Made by a program: the position numbers and the translations under genes. A stretch of DNA of 64,000 nt, taken from positions 62,001-126,000 of the forward strand of contig MU626263.1 of assembly GCA_025603075.1 (NCBI GenBank), read 5' to 3'. Every line of letters begins with the position of its first letter. Position 1 is the stretch's first letter. Source of the stretch: Neoconidiobolus thromboides FSU 785. Lineage: Eukaryota > Fungi > Entomophthoromycota. Under the pieces are notes generated by a model. It saw nothing but the letters and a program-made list of their open reading frames with translations, was not told where the DNA came from and did not search any database. Of the stretch, positions 11,770 through 24,035 are shown one piece after another.

Positions 11770-12235
11770 ATATAATTTTGTGAAATATCGTTTTGTCAAT
11801 TCCATGGTTAATTATAGCATAGTAATCACCTAGGCTGTTGTGTTCTCAAGTTTAGAGACAATCAATCCCACGCTCTTAGTTTGATTTGCTATGATAATTT
11901 CTAGCTTTATCTCAAAGAATATTATCTCCTCATTTTAATATCCATACTTGTTGAAGTACAAAAGAGATTTTAGAACATAACAATTCGAGGCTTTCTAGCT
12001 GAATTATTACCTGGTATCTTATCTTTAATAAAGCCCCTAAATCTTTTTGATAATATTTTACAGTAATATTGTCTATTATATTTGCTTTATGTAGTCTGTA
12101 GCCTATTACGTGCTATTCTTCATAATCCAAGTCTATCTTGGTCACATAAACTAAAATCTTTTGGCTTATAGCGTAGTCAACCAGATAATAGCTGTTTTTA
12201 ACTCCAATCACTGAGTATCAGATTTTACACCTATT
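11770..12235 (-). pseudogene. Degenerate repeat segment B with a decayed reading frame (probable transposon relic); inverted homologue of ~32850-33320
   Basis: ccatggttaattatagcat...gagacaatcaatcccacgct...gcctattacgtgctattcttcataatccaagt is shared with the 33-kb copy. The minus frame reads IGVKNSYYLVDYAISQKILVYVTKIDLDYEE*HVIGY...SLGDYYAIINHG with stops explainable by C>T. Confidence 0.75.
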
Positions 12236-12313
12236 ATTAACTATTTTTAAATAATCATATTGATTTTTGTTTATATTAAACCCAAAACTTTTGTATTTAT
12301 CAAGAGGATATAA

Positions 12314-12409
12314 GGGTGTTTTTTTGGCTTCATCACTTTTTCCATCTTTTGAGCACTATTTGAGTCGAAAAATTGTTAGTAAAATTCTTGAATACAAAAA
12401 TATATCCCC
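12314..12409 (-). mobile_element. ~97-bp MITE-like repeat, copy 5
   Basis: gggtgtttttttggcttcatcactttttccatc...aaaatatatcccc followed by atat. Confidence 0.88.
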
Positions 12410-12808
12410 ATATATTATTTAGTTTGTTTTTTTATTATATTTGTTTATACTACTATATATAACTTATTTATAAACATTTTGTGTTTATAAATTATAATTT
12501 ATTGATTATCAACTTTATCTAAAATTACAGAATTATAAATAACAGTTGTTTTTATTTAGAGATCTAATGTTTTATTATATAAACAAATTTTAAATGTATA
12601 TACCTTTAATTCTTTACTACAGAATACTTTAATATAAACATTTATATTTGTCATTAATTATCACTAATGTAGCTTTTTATTTTATTGAATCACTTTTTTT
12701 ATACTTAATATATTTTTAATAAACTATTAGAAAATTTTTATTAATTTTTGAGCTTTTTATAGTTAACATAAAACAACCAAGCTGATAAAAACAAAAGAAA
12801 CTATATAT

Positions 12809-12907
12809 GGGGATGTATTCCTGTGTTTAAGAATTTTGCTAATAATTCTTCCGCTCAAATGGCGCTTAAAAGATGGAAAAAATGATGAAGCCAAAAAAAA
12901 CACCCCC
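12809..12907 (+). mobile_element. ~97-bp MITE-like repeat, copy 6 (close to consensus, ATAT on both sides)
   Basis: atat|ggggatgtattcctgtgtttaagaattttgc...ccgctcaaatggcgcttaaaagatggaaaaaatgatgaagccaaaaaaaacaccccc|atat. Confidence 0.9.
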
Positions 12908-13105
12908 ATATATAGACTTTAATATAAAATAAACCATAATAATATTTAAATAATCAAAATACTAACTATAAAATTAGCTTTTATAATTTTCATTACTTTA
13001 TCAAACTATTTAAAGCTATTGAAAATTTGAACTAACTTTAAAACTTTCTTATTGAAATCCTAAAGATAATGACTTTTGCACTTACAAGTTTGCATTATAA
13101 TATAA

Positions 13106-13195
13106 GGATGTTTTTTTGATTTCATTACTTTTTCCATTTTTCAAGCGTTATTTGAGTAAGATAACTGCTAGTGAAATTTAAAGAAAAGATATCTC
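13106..13195 (-). mobile_element. ~97-bp MITE-like repeat, copy 7 (degenerate)
   Basis: ggatgtttttttgatttcattactttttccatttttcaagcgttatttgagtaag... Confidence 0.75.
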
Positions 13196-13534
13196 GATAT
13201 TTATTTAAGCTAATGAATAATTTAATTTAAAAATAAGCATGAATATTTTAAATTAAAAAGATCTCTTTTTGTTTAAAACTTTACTATTAATTTTCTTATT
13301 GAAAAATGTTTAAAAAATAGTAAAAATAGTAAAACTGAGGAAAATATTTTACATAATCAATAGTATACATAACTAATATTCGCAGCTATTACAGCTTTTT
13401 TATTATTTTTTAGCAGTAGTTTTTAGTTAAATTAATTAAACTTTTAAATTACTTGAATTGTTTTTTAGTGACTATACTTCATTTTACAAAATTTATAAAA
13501 TATAAAATTAAAACCTTTAGCTTTTATCATATAC

Positions 13535-13629
13535 GGATCCATTTCTATTTAAGAACTTTACTAACAAATTTTCCGCTTAAATAGCGCTTAAGAAATGGAA
13601 AAAAATAATGGAGTCAAAAAAACGCTCCC
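13535..13629 (+). mobile_element. ~97-bp MITE-like repeat, copy 8
   Basis: tttaagaactttactaacaaattttccgcttaaatagcgcttaagaaatggaaaaaaataatggagtcaaaaaaacgctccc. Confidence 0.82.
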
Positions 13630-13824
13630 TGCTCCCATATATTTAAAAGAAAAAAGCATATTTATAGTTTTTGGTTTAATTTTCACAATTTTTCACAAGC
13701 TTAGAAATGCTATAAATTTTTTAAAATTAATACGAGTCTAGTTTGTAAAAAAACATTGTTATCTTCAGTTCAATTAGTATTTGCCCAAGGGCTTAATTTT
13801 TTAAATTTTCATACATTATGATCT

Positions 13825-14830
13825 TTGAATTATAATAAGTTCTTTTTATATTTTGCCAAAAAAAATTCGGGTACTTTATTCTCATATGGTTCGCTATTAG
13901 CAAAGAGCCTACTATTACGAATACGTCTATTTCCACAGTATAACGATCAACGGGAAAATGCGGCTTTATCAATCGATATAATTGAGTTACCAAGATCCAA
14001 AGTAGAGATGTCAGTTTATTTACTTACTGTTTTTGACCGGTAAAATCACATTATCATCTGATAGAATGCTAATTTAGCCCTTATATTTAAAAACATCAGT
14101 TGTAATTCTAGTAAGAGAAATTCAAGTTATCGTTTATCCTATTTAGAGAAAACTCAAATAGCCTTCATTGATTACAATTACATCCCTGGTGAAAGATAAG
14201 ATAAATTTTATAAATAATTTGGATATTAATATATTTAACGCTATTGTACACCACTTTAATATCATAAACATGTATTGTACTGCTTACCTATTCACAATAT
14301 ATCTCATTATTAGATTTAAGAGGAGAATTTTTAAAAATATTTTAAAATATCACCATGTAGCTAGAACACTATTAAGTATAAAAAAGCGGTATAAAAGGTA
14401 TTTTTTCAATATTAGACATATTGGCACAAATAAAAAACACCCCTCAATTTAAAGCATTTGGTACAACAACTTGGTCAGAGAAATAAAGGCTACTACTATA
14501 AATAATACCTCAAGTTTTTTAAATATTTTCTAAATAAAAAACTAGTGCTCAAATATGTAAACTTATTGATGATTATAGGAGTATTTGTTTTAGTAACCGC
14601 ATTTCATATTGCTTGATAGACCAAGCGGTCTTGGAAAAAGCCGGTAGATTATTGATATTTAGAGCTGTTGACTTTTCCTATGTATAAAGTGAAATCTACT
14701 TTTAACAAGAAGCTTTTTTAAAAACTTTAAAATCGATGATAATGATAAAAAATGAGATTGCTTAGAGTGTATTGAATCTTCAATATAGATTTTGAAAGGC
14801 GAATTTAAAATTCAAAATTAGGAATCAATA
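13825..14830 (+). pseudogene. Decayed coding relic: possible MATH-like N-terminal piece and a P-loop NTPase Walker A remnant
   Basis: LRIRLFPQYN...ALSIDII in ORF 13825-14043 weakly resembles MATH. PHFILLDRPSGLGKSR at ~14597-14644 is GPSGLGKS with one G>A change. The region has many in-frame stops and at least one frameshift. Confidence 0.4.
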
Positions 14831-14832
14831 AT

Positions 14833-14931
14833 GGGAGTGTTTTTTTTAACTTCATTATTTTTTCCATGTTTTAAGCACTATTTAAGCGGAAAATTTGTTG
14901 ATAAAATTCTTAAACATAAAAATACATCCCC
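14833..14931 (-). mobile_element. ~97-bp MITE-like repeat, copy 9 (ACTCCC-end subtype)
   Basis: Reverse complement is very similar to copy 4. Confidence 0.88.
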
Positions 14932-15130
14932 AATTTTAAATCTATTATAACCAGTGGCAAATCTTTAATTCTTCCAGCAACTGCACAGGTATTAGACCCT
15001 GGCAATAGCAAATAAAAAAAAGTATTCCACGAAAATAAATACTATTAATGTAGAAAGAAACATAATTATATAAAATATTCTTATAAGACAAATTCATGTT
15101 AATAATTAATATTATATTGGTTTTATACAG

Positions 15131-15345
15131 GTAAAATGTCTAAGTTGTAACAAGCCTCATACAAGAATAATATGCGGTGAAGATGAAATATAGTATATTT
15201 TCAATAAGTATGGATATATAAACAAAGTGGGTGAAGTGCACTAAATAATTAAAATTTTTAATTTGCTTAAGTTTAGAATTGCCCATTGAAACCTAAAAAA
15301 AGTGCAAGATGTGCCGATAGCACTCATATTAGTAAAATAAGTTTT
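15131..15345 (+). pseudogene. Possible zinc-knuckle (CCHC-like) gene relic
   Basis: Two exon-like pieces after AG acceptors: VKCLSCNKPHTRIIC and NCPLKPKKSARCADSTHISK; an in-frame stop lies between them. Confidence 0.3.
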
Positions 15346-15701
15346 TTAACTCATAATTTTAATTTATTGACTATTTTATAAAGATGCTCAAAGTTTACTA
15401 AATTAAATAAAAATATAAAAGAAGGAAACAGCAGCCCCAAAACAAGAGAAAAATAATAAATAAGAGGCTAACAGTTGTGAAGAAGTAGAAACAATCTATA
15501 TAATTATAAAAAATGTAGCAAAAATAACAGCATTCTGATGTTGCATGATAAAATATCAATACAGCTAGTTTGTTTTCAATTTTTAGATTTTAGTCTTTTG
15601 TGGTTTTTTGATTTTTAGTTTATTTTTTTAAAATTAAAATTGATTTGATAATTTTTTTTATAAATTCAATTTTTTAATTTTTAAACTTGTAAAAATATAA
15701 A

Positions 15702-18057
15702 ATGGAACAAAATATTGAACTTACAAACGGGTCTAATGAAGAAAGAAAAACAACAGAAGCTAAAAAAATAAAACTAGATAAAGATTGTATTAAGGATACC
15801 AGTAGTACCATAAAAACCAATATAGCTGAAACAATTGGTAATAATAGACAGGACATAGATGAGCAGAAACTTGAAACAGTCATCAATGATGATAATAAAA
15901 TTAAAGCCATACCAAAAGATCAAGACTTTAATTTTACTATTAAAGAAGAAGAGGTTGGTATGACCGAGTATTACATTAAAGAGAATAGTGGTTTTCATGG
16001 GATTATTAAGCAATTGTAATACTTGTTTTCATTTTTGATGAACTTTTATTTATACTAATTACTTTTATTAGGTTTTCTGATTTCATTGTTAATGAAATAG
16101 ATGTCGATGGTAATGTTTTGAAATTAGAAAAGGATATGCAGGACCCTAATAATATACCATTACCTAAACGTAAAAGTGGTGAAAAAAAGGAAATTAAAAT
16201 CCAAGTTACACAGGTAAAATAAACTCTTTAGTAGATAATAGGTAAATGCTAAATCTTTACTTTGATTAATAGGACGATGAAAAGGAAAAAGAGATAGAAG
16301 TTGATTTTGATGCTATGTTTAGTAAACTAAATGAGATTTATGCAAATTCATTGCCTATTGACGAAAATAAAGACAGAGAAGAATTACTCAAAGATGGATT
16401 TGAAAAGATTAAACAAATGGTTCAAGATCAAGGAACTAGTATTTCAAGTCACATAATTCCATTGAAAATCGAAAATAAAGAAAATAGAACCCAATTACAT
16501 ATGACTATCCGTGAGTATCTAGGAAGTAAAATAATGACCCAAACAAAAAATGATGGGTTAATTCAATTTGTATTTATGAAAAATAAGAAACAAAAGAAAA
16601 TGAATCAGGCTCGTGTATCAAAAAACGAAGCTATTAATAAAGAAAGGTATTTACATTTTAATTTGTATAAAGAAAACCGTGATACCCATGATATTATCAA
16701 TCAAATGATTCGTATGCTAAGAAGTAACAATAAGAACTTTTCAATTGCTGGTACTAAGGATAAACGTGGTATTACCGTTCAAAGAATTTCTATGTTTAAT
16801 GGAGAAGAAGATCGACTTAAAGGATTATTTAAAGGGATACCAGGAGCCCAGATTTCTAGCTTTAGGTAATTAGAACAAACTAAATTAAAGCTTTAATAAT
16901 TAATCCTTTCATAATAGTAAGCAAAAGGAGCCACTTAGACTTGGTGATTTAAATGGGAACCAATTTCAATTAGTTATTAGAAATTTACAGTTTAATGATA
17001 AAAGTATAATTGAAACACAGGAAAAAATGAATCAAATATTAACCCAATTCAAAGAGGGACCAGGCTTTATTAATTATTTTGGTATGCAGCGCTTTGGTAC
17101 TAATAGTATTGGTACCCATGAAATTGGAAGCGCACTGTTGAACAATGATTGGAAGTATGCAGTAGATCTCATTTTAATGCCACGTGAAGGTGATAGTGGA
17201 AGAAGTAAGGAAGCTAGAGAACATTGGGAAAAAACCCAAAACCCAAAAGAAACCTTAGAAATGTTACCTAACTATTTAGTAGCTGAGAAATCTATATTAA
17301 ATGGATTTATTGAGAACAAGGATTTGAATAATTATTTGAATGCTATCAAACGTATACCAAGAAATTTAAAAACCTTATATGTACATGCATACCAATCTTA
17401 TGTTTGGAATTTAGCTGTATCAAAGAGGCTTCAGTGTCATGGGTTCAAATTAATTATTGGAGATTTGGTTGAATTAGATGATGGCACTGTTTCGTGTGTT
17501 GAAAGTGAAGAAGATTTGAAAAAATATACTATTCAACAATTAGTATTACCATTACCAGGACATTCAATTAGTTATCCTAAATATACAGATGAGTTATATG
17601 AACTATATGAAAATATTATGGTCAAAAACAATTTAAATCCAAACCAAATGGTTCGCAGTGAAAAGGATTTAAGTTTAACAGGAGATTATAGAAAAGTAAT
17701 CATTCAGCCAAAAGATTTTAGCTGGTAAATTCAATATCACATAATAAGTTATAGTAGTAATATCTTTTATTCATATAATAGGGAATTCATAAACTATAAG
17801 GAAGCCAATGAGCAATTGTTATTAAGTGATTCGGATATTAATAATAATATGGAAAAGCCTAAATCAAAAGAAGGTAATGATCACTATTCTATTTATTGAA
17901 TTTTGTCTTACACTAACTATGAATTTTATTAGATGGCAATTTACTTGCTTTAATTTTAAGCTTCAAGTTACCACCTTCAGGTTATGCTACTATGCTCTTA
18001 AGAGAGCTTCTTCATATCAAAACGGATAAAGCTTCTATTGCTGCCATTTCTACTTAA
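15702..18057 (+). CDS. PUS7: Pseudouridine synthase 7 (TruD family), 6 exons
   Basis: Exons 15702-16015, 16072-16213, 16273-16865, 16918-17724, 17782-17873 and 17933-18057. Motifs GIIKQLFSDFIVNEID, AGTKDKRGIT, LGDLNGNQF, GFINYFGMQRFG, LYVHAYQSYVWN and GYATMLLREL. Confidence 0.97.
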
Positions 18058-19594
18058 TCGAATACAAAATTGAGATAGACTTTTAACTTTGAAATAAATA
18101 TAGATTAGTAAAAACTACGTTTGTTAATAAGCACCTTTTAATCAATTTAGTTTAGCTATTACTTTTATTGTTTTATTTTTTATTTTCACTAAATAGAATA
18201 AAGCAGCACGGCATTTTTAATAACATAATGTTAATGCTAGTTAAAAAGTACGAATTAAAAATTTAAAAAAGTGTCTCTATTTAAACGATTAAAAATATAA
18301 AAAAAAACAAAGAATTGAAATCTCCATTCATGTAAAAGGTTAACAAATCGACTATCATAACATTTCAGATATATTACAAATTAAGAACTAGAACGCTTTA
18401 AACTAATTCAATTAGTTATATATCAATAAAACGCTACTTAGCTGTCAATATTTTAATATCTTCAATTATTCGTGCTATAATGGTTTTTTTAATTTTTCAT
18501 GTTAAAATCTACTAATCTAATTAGTAAACCTGAAGATTTAAATTAAGCTATTTCATTCTAACATAGATAGTCCATGATTTTAAGTTGTATCACTGATATC
18601 GGTTTTCATTTAATATCTTTCTAGAAATATAGTCACACACTCTGGTATTATGTAACGATCATATAAGAATGGCTTAATAGTTATTAATAGTTATTGATTA
18701 CTTGTGCTTCAATGTTTTCATTATGTTATAAGGAATAAATCTATAAAAATGATTATACTTAACAATTTATTAAAATTATTAACATAACTGACATTACATA
18801 ATAATACGCTAGTAGATAAAAATAAAATTCACAATATGACATTTCAAAGAGCTTTAATAATAAATGATAGCACTCTAATAGATGATTGTATTTTTACATA
18901 GCTTAATATTTCTAGTAGTTTTCCAATAAACTTCATAATTTTTTATTTTATTGAAACAAAGCATAAATAGAAGGCCATATATTCATATTCTAATGAATAA
19001 CCCTATAGAATTTAAAACTTTCTAATAAATATAGAAATAAAATCAGATGAAGAAACAACTTTAAAATTAGCGGATGATCTTTATTAAATAGCATCTATGC
19101 TAACTAAGTGGACACCTTAGTTTAATAAATGAAGAGTAATGTCAACAATTAATGAGCTCAATGAGTCCCTGTTTTAATTTTAAAGCCATTTTCTATATTT
19201 CTAAATTTATCAATTTATCATGATTAAAAACAGTAAATAATTCAATTCTAATGTTTCATTGGCTTGGCAAATCCTCCCTTTTTTAAGTTAAATTTGATAT
19301 CTCAATAGTGAAGATGATCTCATTGGTGAAAGATTGAGTCAAGAATTTTTAAAAAAAGCGGTAAGATAAACTAATATTGAATCAATTTCGATTAATTACT
19401 TTACTTTTTATTATGTTAAATTGAAATTTAAATATATTTATACAATTGTAATATTAATTATTGTAACGGAACTCAAAAGATACAATTGTATAAATAGCAT
19501 AAAAGAAATCAATAATCAATAATTAATTTATCATTTTTTATAGTTTAATTTATTACTTTTTTTTATCACTTTATTGATTTAATAGAAATATAAC

Positions 19595-20827
19595 ATGTTG
19601 ACTAACATATTAAAAAGTATAACCTTAGTGTTGCTATTGTTAATAGTACAAATAAATGCTCAAGAAGGTGGAGAAACAAAACATGACTCAGATAGTGGTA
19701 GTGAAAATAATGTAATTTTAGGGTTTTGTCTGGTATTATTTGGTGCCACATTATCCACTTTAGGCTCTATGATTTTATACATTGACAACTTAATTAAATA
19801 TTTGCCATTTGTAAAAAAAGATGTTAAATTATCGACTTCTAAACCATTTTTAGCTAGTTCATTATCCTTCTCAGCTGGCGTATTAATGGTAACTATATTT
19901 AATAATGTTCTACCCGAAGGTTTAAACGCATTTCATACTTCGAATTTTTTTGGTCAATATGCTGGTTTAATTGCTGCTTTTTATTTTTTATTTTGTATGG
20001 CATTAGTTATTTTAACTAAATATTTCTTCAAAAGAAGGAATATGCAACGTGGTAAAAGAAATACCTCGGATATTGGATTGAATCCAATTGATTCAAGAGT
20101 TTCAAGTCCAAGGACTATTGTAAATCCCATGGATTTCAATAATAATAATAGTCATAATAGTAGTGCCATCACTAGTCCTACTAATTCAAATTTTCAACAT
20201 ATTATTGAAATCAATAGTGAAGAAGGTACTATTACTGAAATTAAAGAAAAAGAAAAAGAGAAAGATATCGAAAGTTGTCCAACAGCAACTACAATCAATA
20301 ATCAAAATGATAATGTAGCTAAAAATATAGGTTATGAAATTGCATTAGGTAAGTTTTAATTATTAATTAAAAATAATATTAAACTAATAATTTCTTTAGG
20401 CATAGCCATCCATAACTTTCCAGAAGGTGTATTAACTTTTGTAGCCTCTTATCAATCAATGAAAACTGGTTTATTATTTGGTGTTGCTTTAGCCTTACAT
20501 AAATTTCCTGAAGGCATTATGATCGGAGTACCAATCTTTGCCAGTACTGGTTCCAAGTTAAAAGCCTGTTTAATAACAGCGGCAGCATCTTTCATCACTC
20601 AATTATTAGGCGCTGGTTTCGCTTATGGGATGTTTCATATCTATTGGAATGATATTATCGGTGGCTTGTTGTTTTTATTAGCTTCAGCTATTTTAATATC
20701 CACTTTATTAGGTGGTATGTTACCATTAGCTAAATCTTATGATCAAGAAGATCGTTATTCAACTATTTGGATGTCTATTGGAATTGTTGTTTTTATCTTT
20801 CTTACCTCTGTTATTGCAGATAAATAA
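19595..20827 (+). CDS. ZIP family (ZupT/Zrt3-like) zinc/iron permease, 2 exons
   Basis: Exons 19595-20348 and 20400-20827 join to give LGIAIHNFPEG; also ALHKFPEG and FSAGV. Signal-like N-terminus and several TM segments. Confidence 0.92.
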
Positions 20828-21306
20828 ATTTTAAGTTTTTTTAAATTTCAATTTGGGTACTTTGTAGTATTATGGTTTTAATTACTTGTTTTATTATAAT
20901 CTGATTAGTATATTAAAATTTCCATTAAAAAGAAGTCATAGTTGAATATATTATCCCTGAAAATTTGAGTTTAACAAATAATTTTAAAACTTCTCGAACT
21001 TTTATGAATTTAGGCTATTCTATTCTTCACCTAATTTTCATTCTTACAAAGATTCTTTAACCCCAAAATTGCATAAATTCAAAACTTAATTGAGTTTTCT
21101 CATTCACTTGCAACTGAGTCTTATTAATTTTCAGCTGTTTGATTTTGGACTCCAATTTAAACTCAATTAATAGCCAATCAGTTGATTGGGATAATTTTAA
21201 ATAATTTTCGAATATTTTTAATACTTAGATTATGTTACACTCGTTAAACCGAGATCATACCACCAATATAAATATCAAAAAGCATGTTAATACTAAGCAA
21301 TAGAGG

Positions 21307-21314
21307 TATAAAAA
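21307..21314 (+). promoter_or_regulatory. Candidate TATA box upstream of the small secreted protein
   Basis: TATAAAAA about 120 bp upstream of ATG 21429; weak evidence in AT-rich DNA. Confidence 0.3.
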
Positions 21315-21428
21315 GGCACCTTGTTACAGTCTAAAAATTCAAAAAATAACACTAACTTCTCATAAACAACAAAGCAACAAAAAACAATTAATAACCATCT
21401 TTCAACAACTTTAAACTATTAATTAACA

Positions 21429-21701
21429 ATGAAATCCTTCTTGACTATAACTTTACTTTCTTTTCCAACCTTATTGTTAGCTGCTCCTTATAACCGTTAT
21501 TATAATTATAAATATACTAAATATTCAGCTTATCCAGAAGGTAAATATAATGACTATGATGATCGTCCAGTTCGATATGAATCCGATTATAATGCTCGTC
21601 CAGCTTATAACCCACCTATGATTTATGCGGCTACTGAACGTGAATTCAATGCTCAACCTCCTCATTTACTTGATACTAGTGTTGGGATTAAATTGTTATA
21701 A
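21429..21701 (+). CDS. Small secreted Tyr/Pro-rich protein (90 aa), unknown family
   Basis: Signal peptide MKSFLTITLLSFPTLLLA-AP, good start context (acaATG), locally higher GC, biased composition. Confidence 0.75.
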   Translation: MKSFLTITLLSFPTLLLAAPYNRYYNYKYTKYSAYPEGKYNDYDDRPVRYESDYNARPAYNPPMIYAATEREFNAQPPHLLDTSVGIKLL

Positions 21702-22259
21702 GAGACAGTGACTTTGGTGAGACATAGGGTGTAGATTTTTATTTTTTTCATATAATAAATAATATAAAATTTTTACAATAGCTTTTTGTTTTATTTTTAA
21801 ATTTATCTTTAATGTTCTCTAATCTGTAGCCAAAAGCCATTATTTAACTTAAAAAATAGTTGGGTATTCGATATAGAGAAGTACTATAGAATTTGAGTGT
21901 TTTAAATCAATCAAAATTTTTAAAAACACAAAATCTTAAGAAATGGTTTTTTAAAAAAAGATGACTGAATTTGTACTCTTCAAATTCTGTTACTTTATTT
22001 TTTGATTATTGTATCGACCAAAGGAATATATTAATTTGTATATTAATTAACTAAAAGTTAATCAATTACATATATCGTTGGCCTTCTTTTAAATCCATAA
22101 AAAAGGTTCAACTTTTTTTCATGACTAAATACTTTTCTTTTCAACCAATTAAATCTCCTATACATTTTCATTGGCCAGAGACATACCAATTTATTAGCTA
22201 CTCAAATTACAATTAACATTCATAAACCAATTTCTTTAATACTTGAAGGAAAAATAATA

Positions 22260-23597
22260 ATGGATCAATCCAATATAACAGCAAACATTGTCCAAGATAA
22301 TTTCAATTCAAATACTATAGCCACTGATAATAATAACCCTCAACCAAATCTTTTTTATAATAAATTTTTGAATCAAATTGAACGACAAATTACAGTTTAT
22401 GAAACAACAAATACTTCTGCCACAAATTCTACTGGACCTTCACCATTTCGAAACATAACATATAAAGAAAAGCGGGGTCATGAAGTTTTGACAAAAGAAG
22501 AAATAGAATTAGAAGAAAAAAGTGAGAAACAAGTCCATAAACGTCATGAAAAATTACAAAAATATTTACACCATACACAATTACAAAAAAAACAAAAGGC
22601 TTTTGAAGAGACAGATTATTATAGAAAAAAGATGAAATTGATATTGATGGATTTTTTAAAAGAGCACAGTGAATTGACAAAAACCTTTTTGTCAGTTTAT
22701 CACCAGGCTAGTATTTTGTTCAATCAAGGGAATAAAAAAGATACTGGGACAGAAAGAGGATTTTTTAAATTATTAAAACAAATGAAAGATATTACCGAAG
22801 AATTTGTTAAACTAGAAATTAAAAGCAAACGTATTATGAGTGTTGGTAAGTCAAATTTCAGCTTTTTAAAGTAATTTTATGTTTAACTTACTTTAGTTCA
22901 AAAACATCAAGAAAATCAAAAAAAGATTGTAAAATTACAAAAAGCAAATCAAGTAGAACAAGAAAGTATCATTCACATTGTAGCTACATTACAAAATAGT
23001 AAACAAACAATACAACAGTTAATATTGGATTTAAATACACAGGCAAACTATTTTAAACAAAGTCAAAAAAGGCAAAATTATGGTAATAGCAGTAAAGAAT
23101 ATCATCTAAAAGAATTATAATGGTTTAGTTAATAATATTCTTATTTATTTTTTTAATTTATTTAGATCCAGAAGATTTAATCAATTATGCTAATAGAATA
23201 CGTAAATTTACTGCTGCACCAAGTAATTATAATCCCAATGCAGCTGTAACCCATGTACATGCAGTGCCACCCTATCCAGATGAAGTTAAAATTCGTAGTG
23301 GTTTGTTAATGGAAATGACTTATGACGCTACTTTACCAAAAAATCAAATCAAAGTTAGTGAAAGTAAGGATAATATTAAATATTTGAATAATAGAATTGT
23401 ATTAATGAAATTGATTAGATGAAAAAATTAAAAGCGACGGTAGTGACAACGAAGATAACCTTGGTGAGAGCATTCAAGGCGATATTAAAAGAGAAGAAGA
23501 AAGTTCATCCTCTGATGATGGGTTTGGTAATGTGTTTTATCCAACGGAAAATAAGGATAAATTTGAAGATAATGAATATTCAGATGATGGGTTTTAA
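22260..23597 (+). CDS. MED4: Mediator subunit 4 (multi-exon)
   Basis: Coiled-coil exons followed by DPEDLINYANRIRKFTAAP...PPYPDEVKIRSGLL and an acidic tail ending SDDGF* (23595-23597). Confidence 0.8.
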
Positions 23598-24035
23598 TTT
23601 GACAGAAATTTAAAATAAAATTACTATTGTTCTGTTTTATGTTTAATAAACATATAACTTGTTATGATTTTATTATGTATTTATAGTTTTTTTTGAGCAT
23701 TATTAATCAAACTGATAAAGTTCAAATTAAAGAATGACTTTCAGTTAGATGTCCTCCTTTGTTTTTAATCTGTAGTAAAGTTTTTTTAATGAGTTCAAGG
23801 GCCTTAGCTTTATTTATGGTCTAAACTGCTATTAAAAAATTGAAACTACCAATTAAAAGCAACAAAAAACAACTAATTGCAAGCTATTCTAATAAAACTT
23901 CTGATTTTATTTTGAATTAACTTCAATTTAACATTTCAACTACGTAATATTGACTTTAAACAATCTAAAACTAAGCTAAAGAATTCAAAAAATCATCTTT
24001 TATTTATTTTTTATAAACAATTTCAATTCAATGAA

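Noticed and set aside
19020-19370. Short peptide-like frames upstream of the ZIP gene (NIEIKSDEETTLKLADDLY*, LNSEDDLIGERLSQEFLKKAVR*)
   Set aside because: Too short, not joinable into a gene model, and no recognisable motif.
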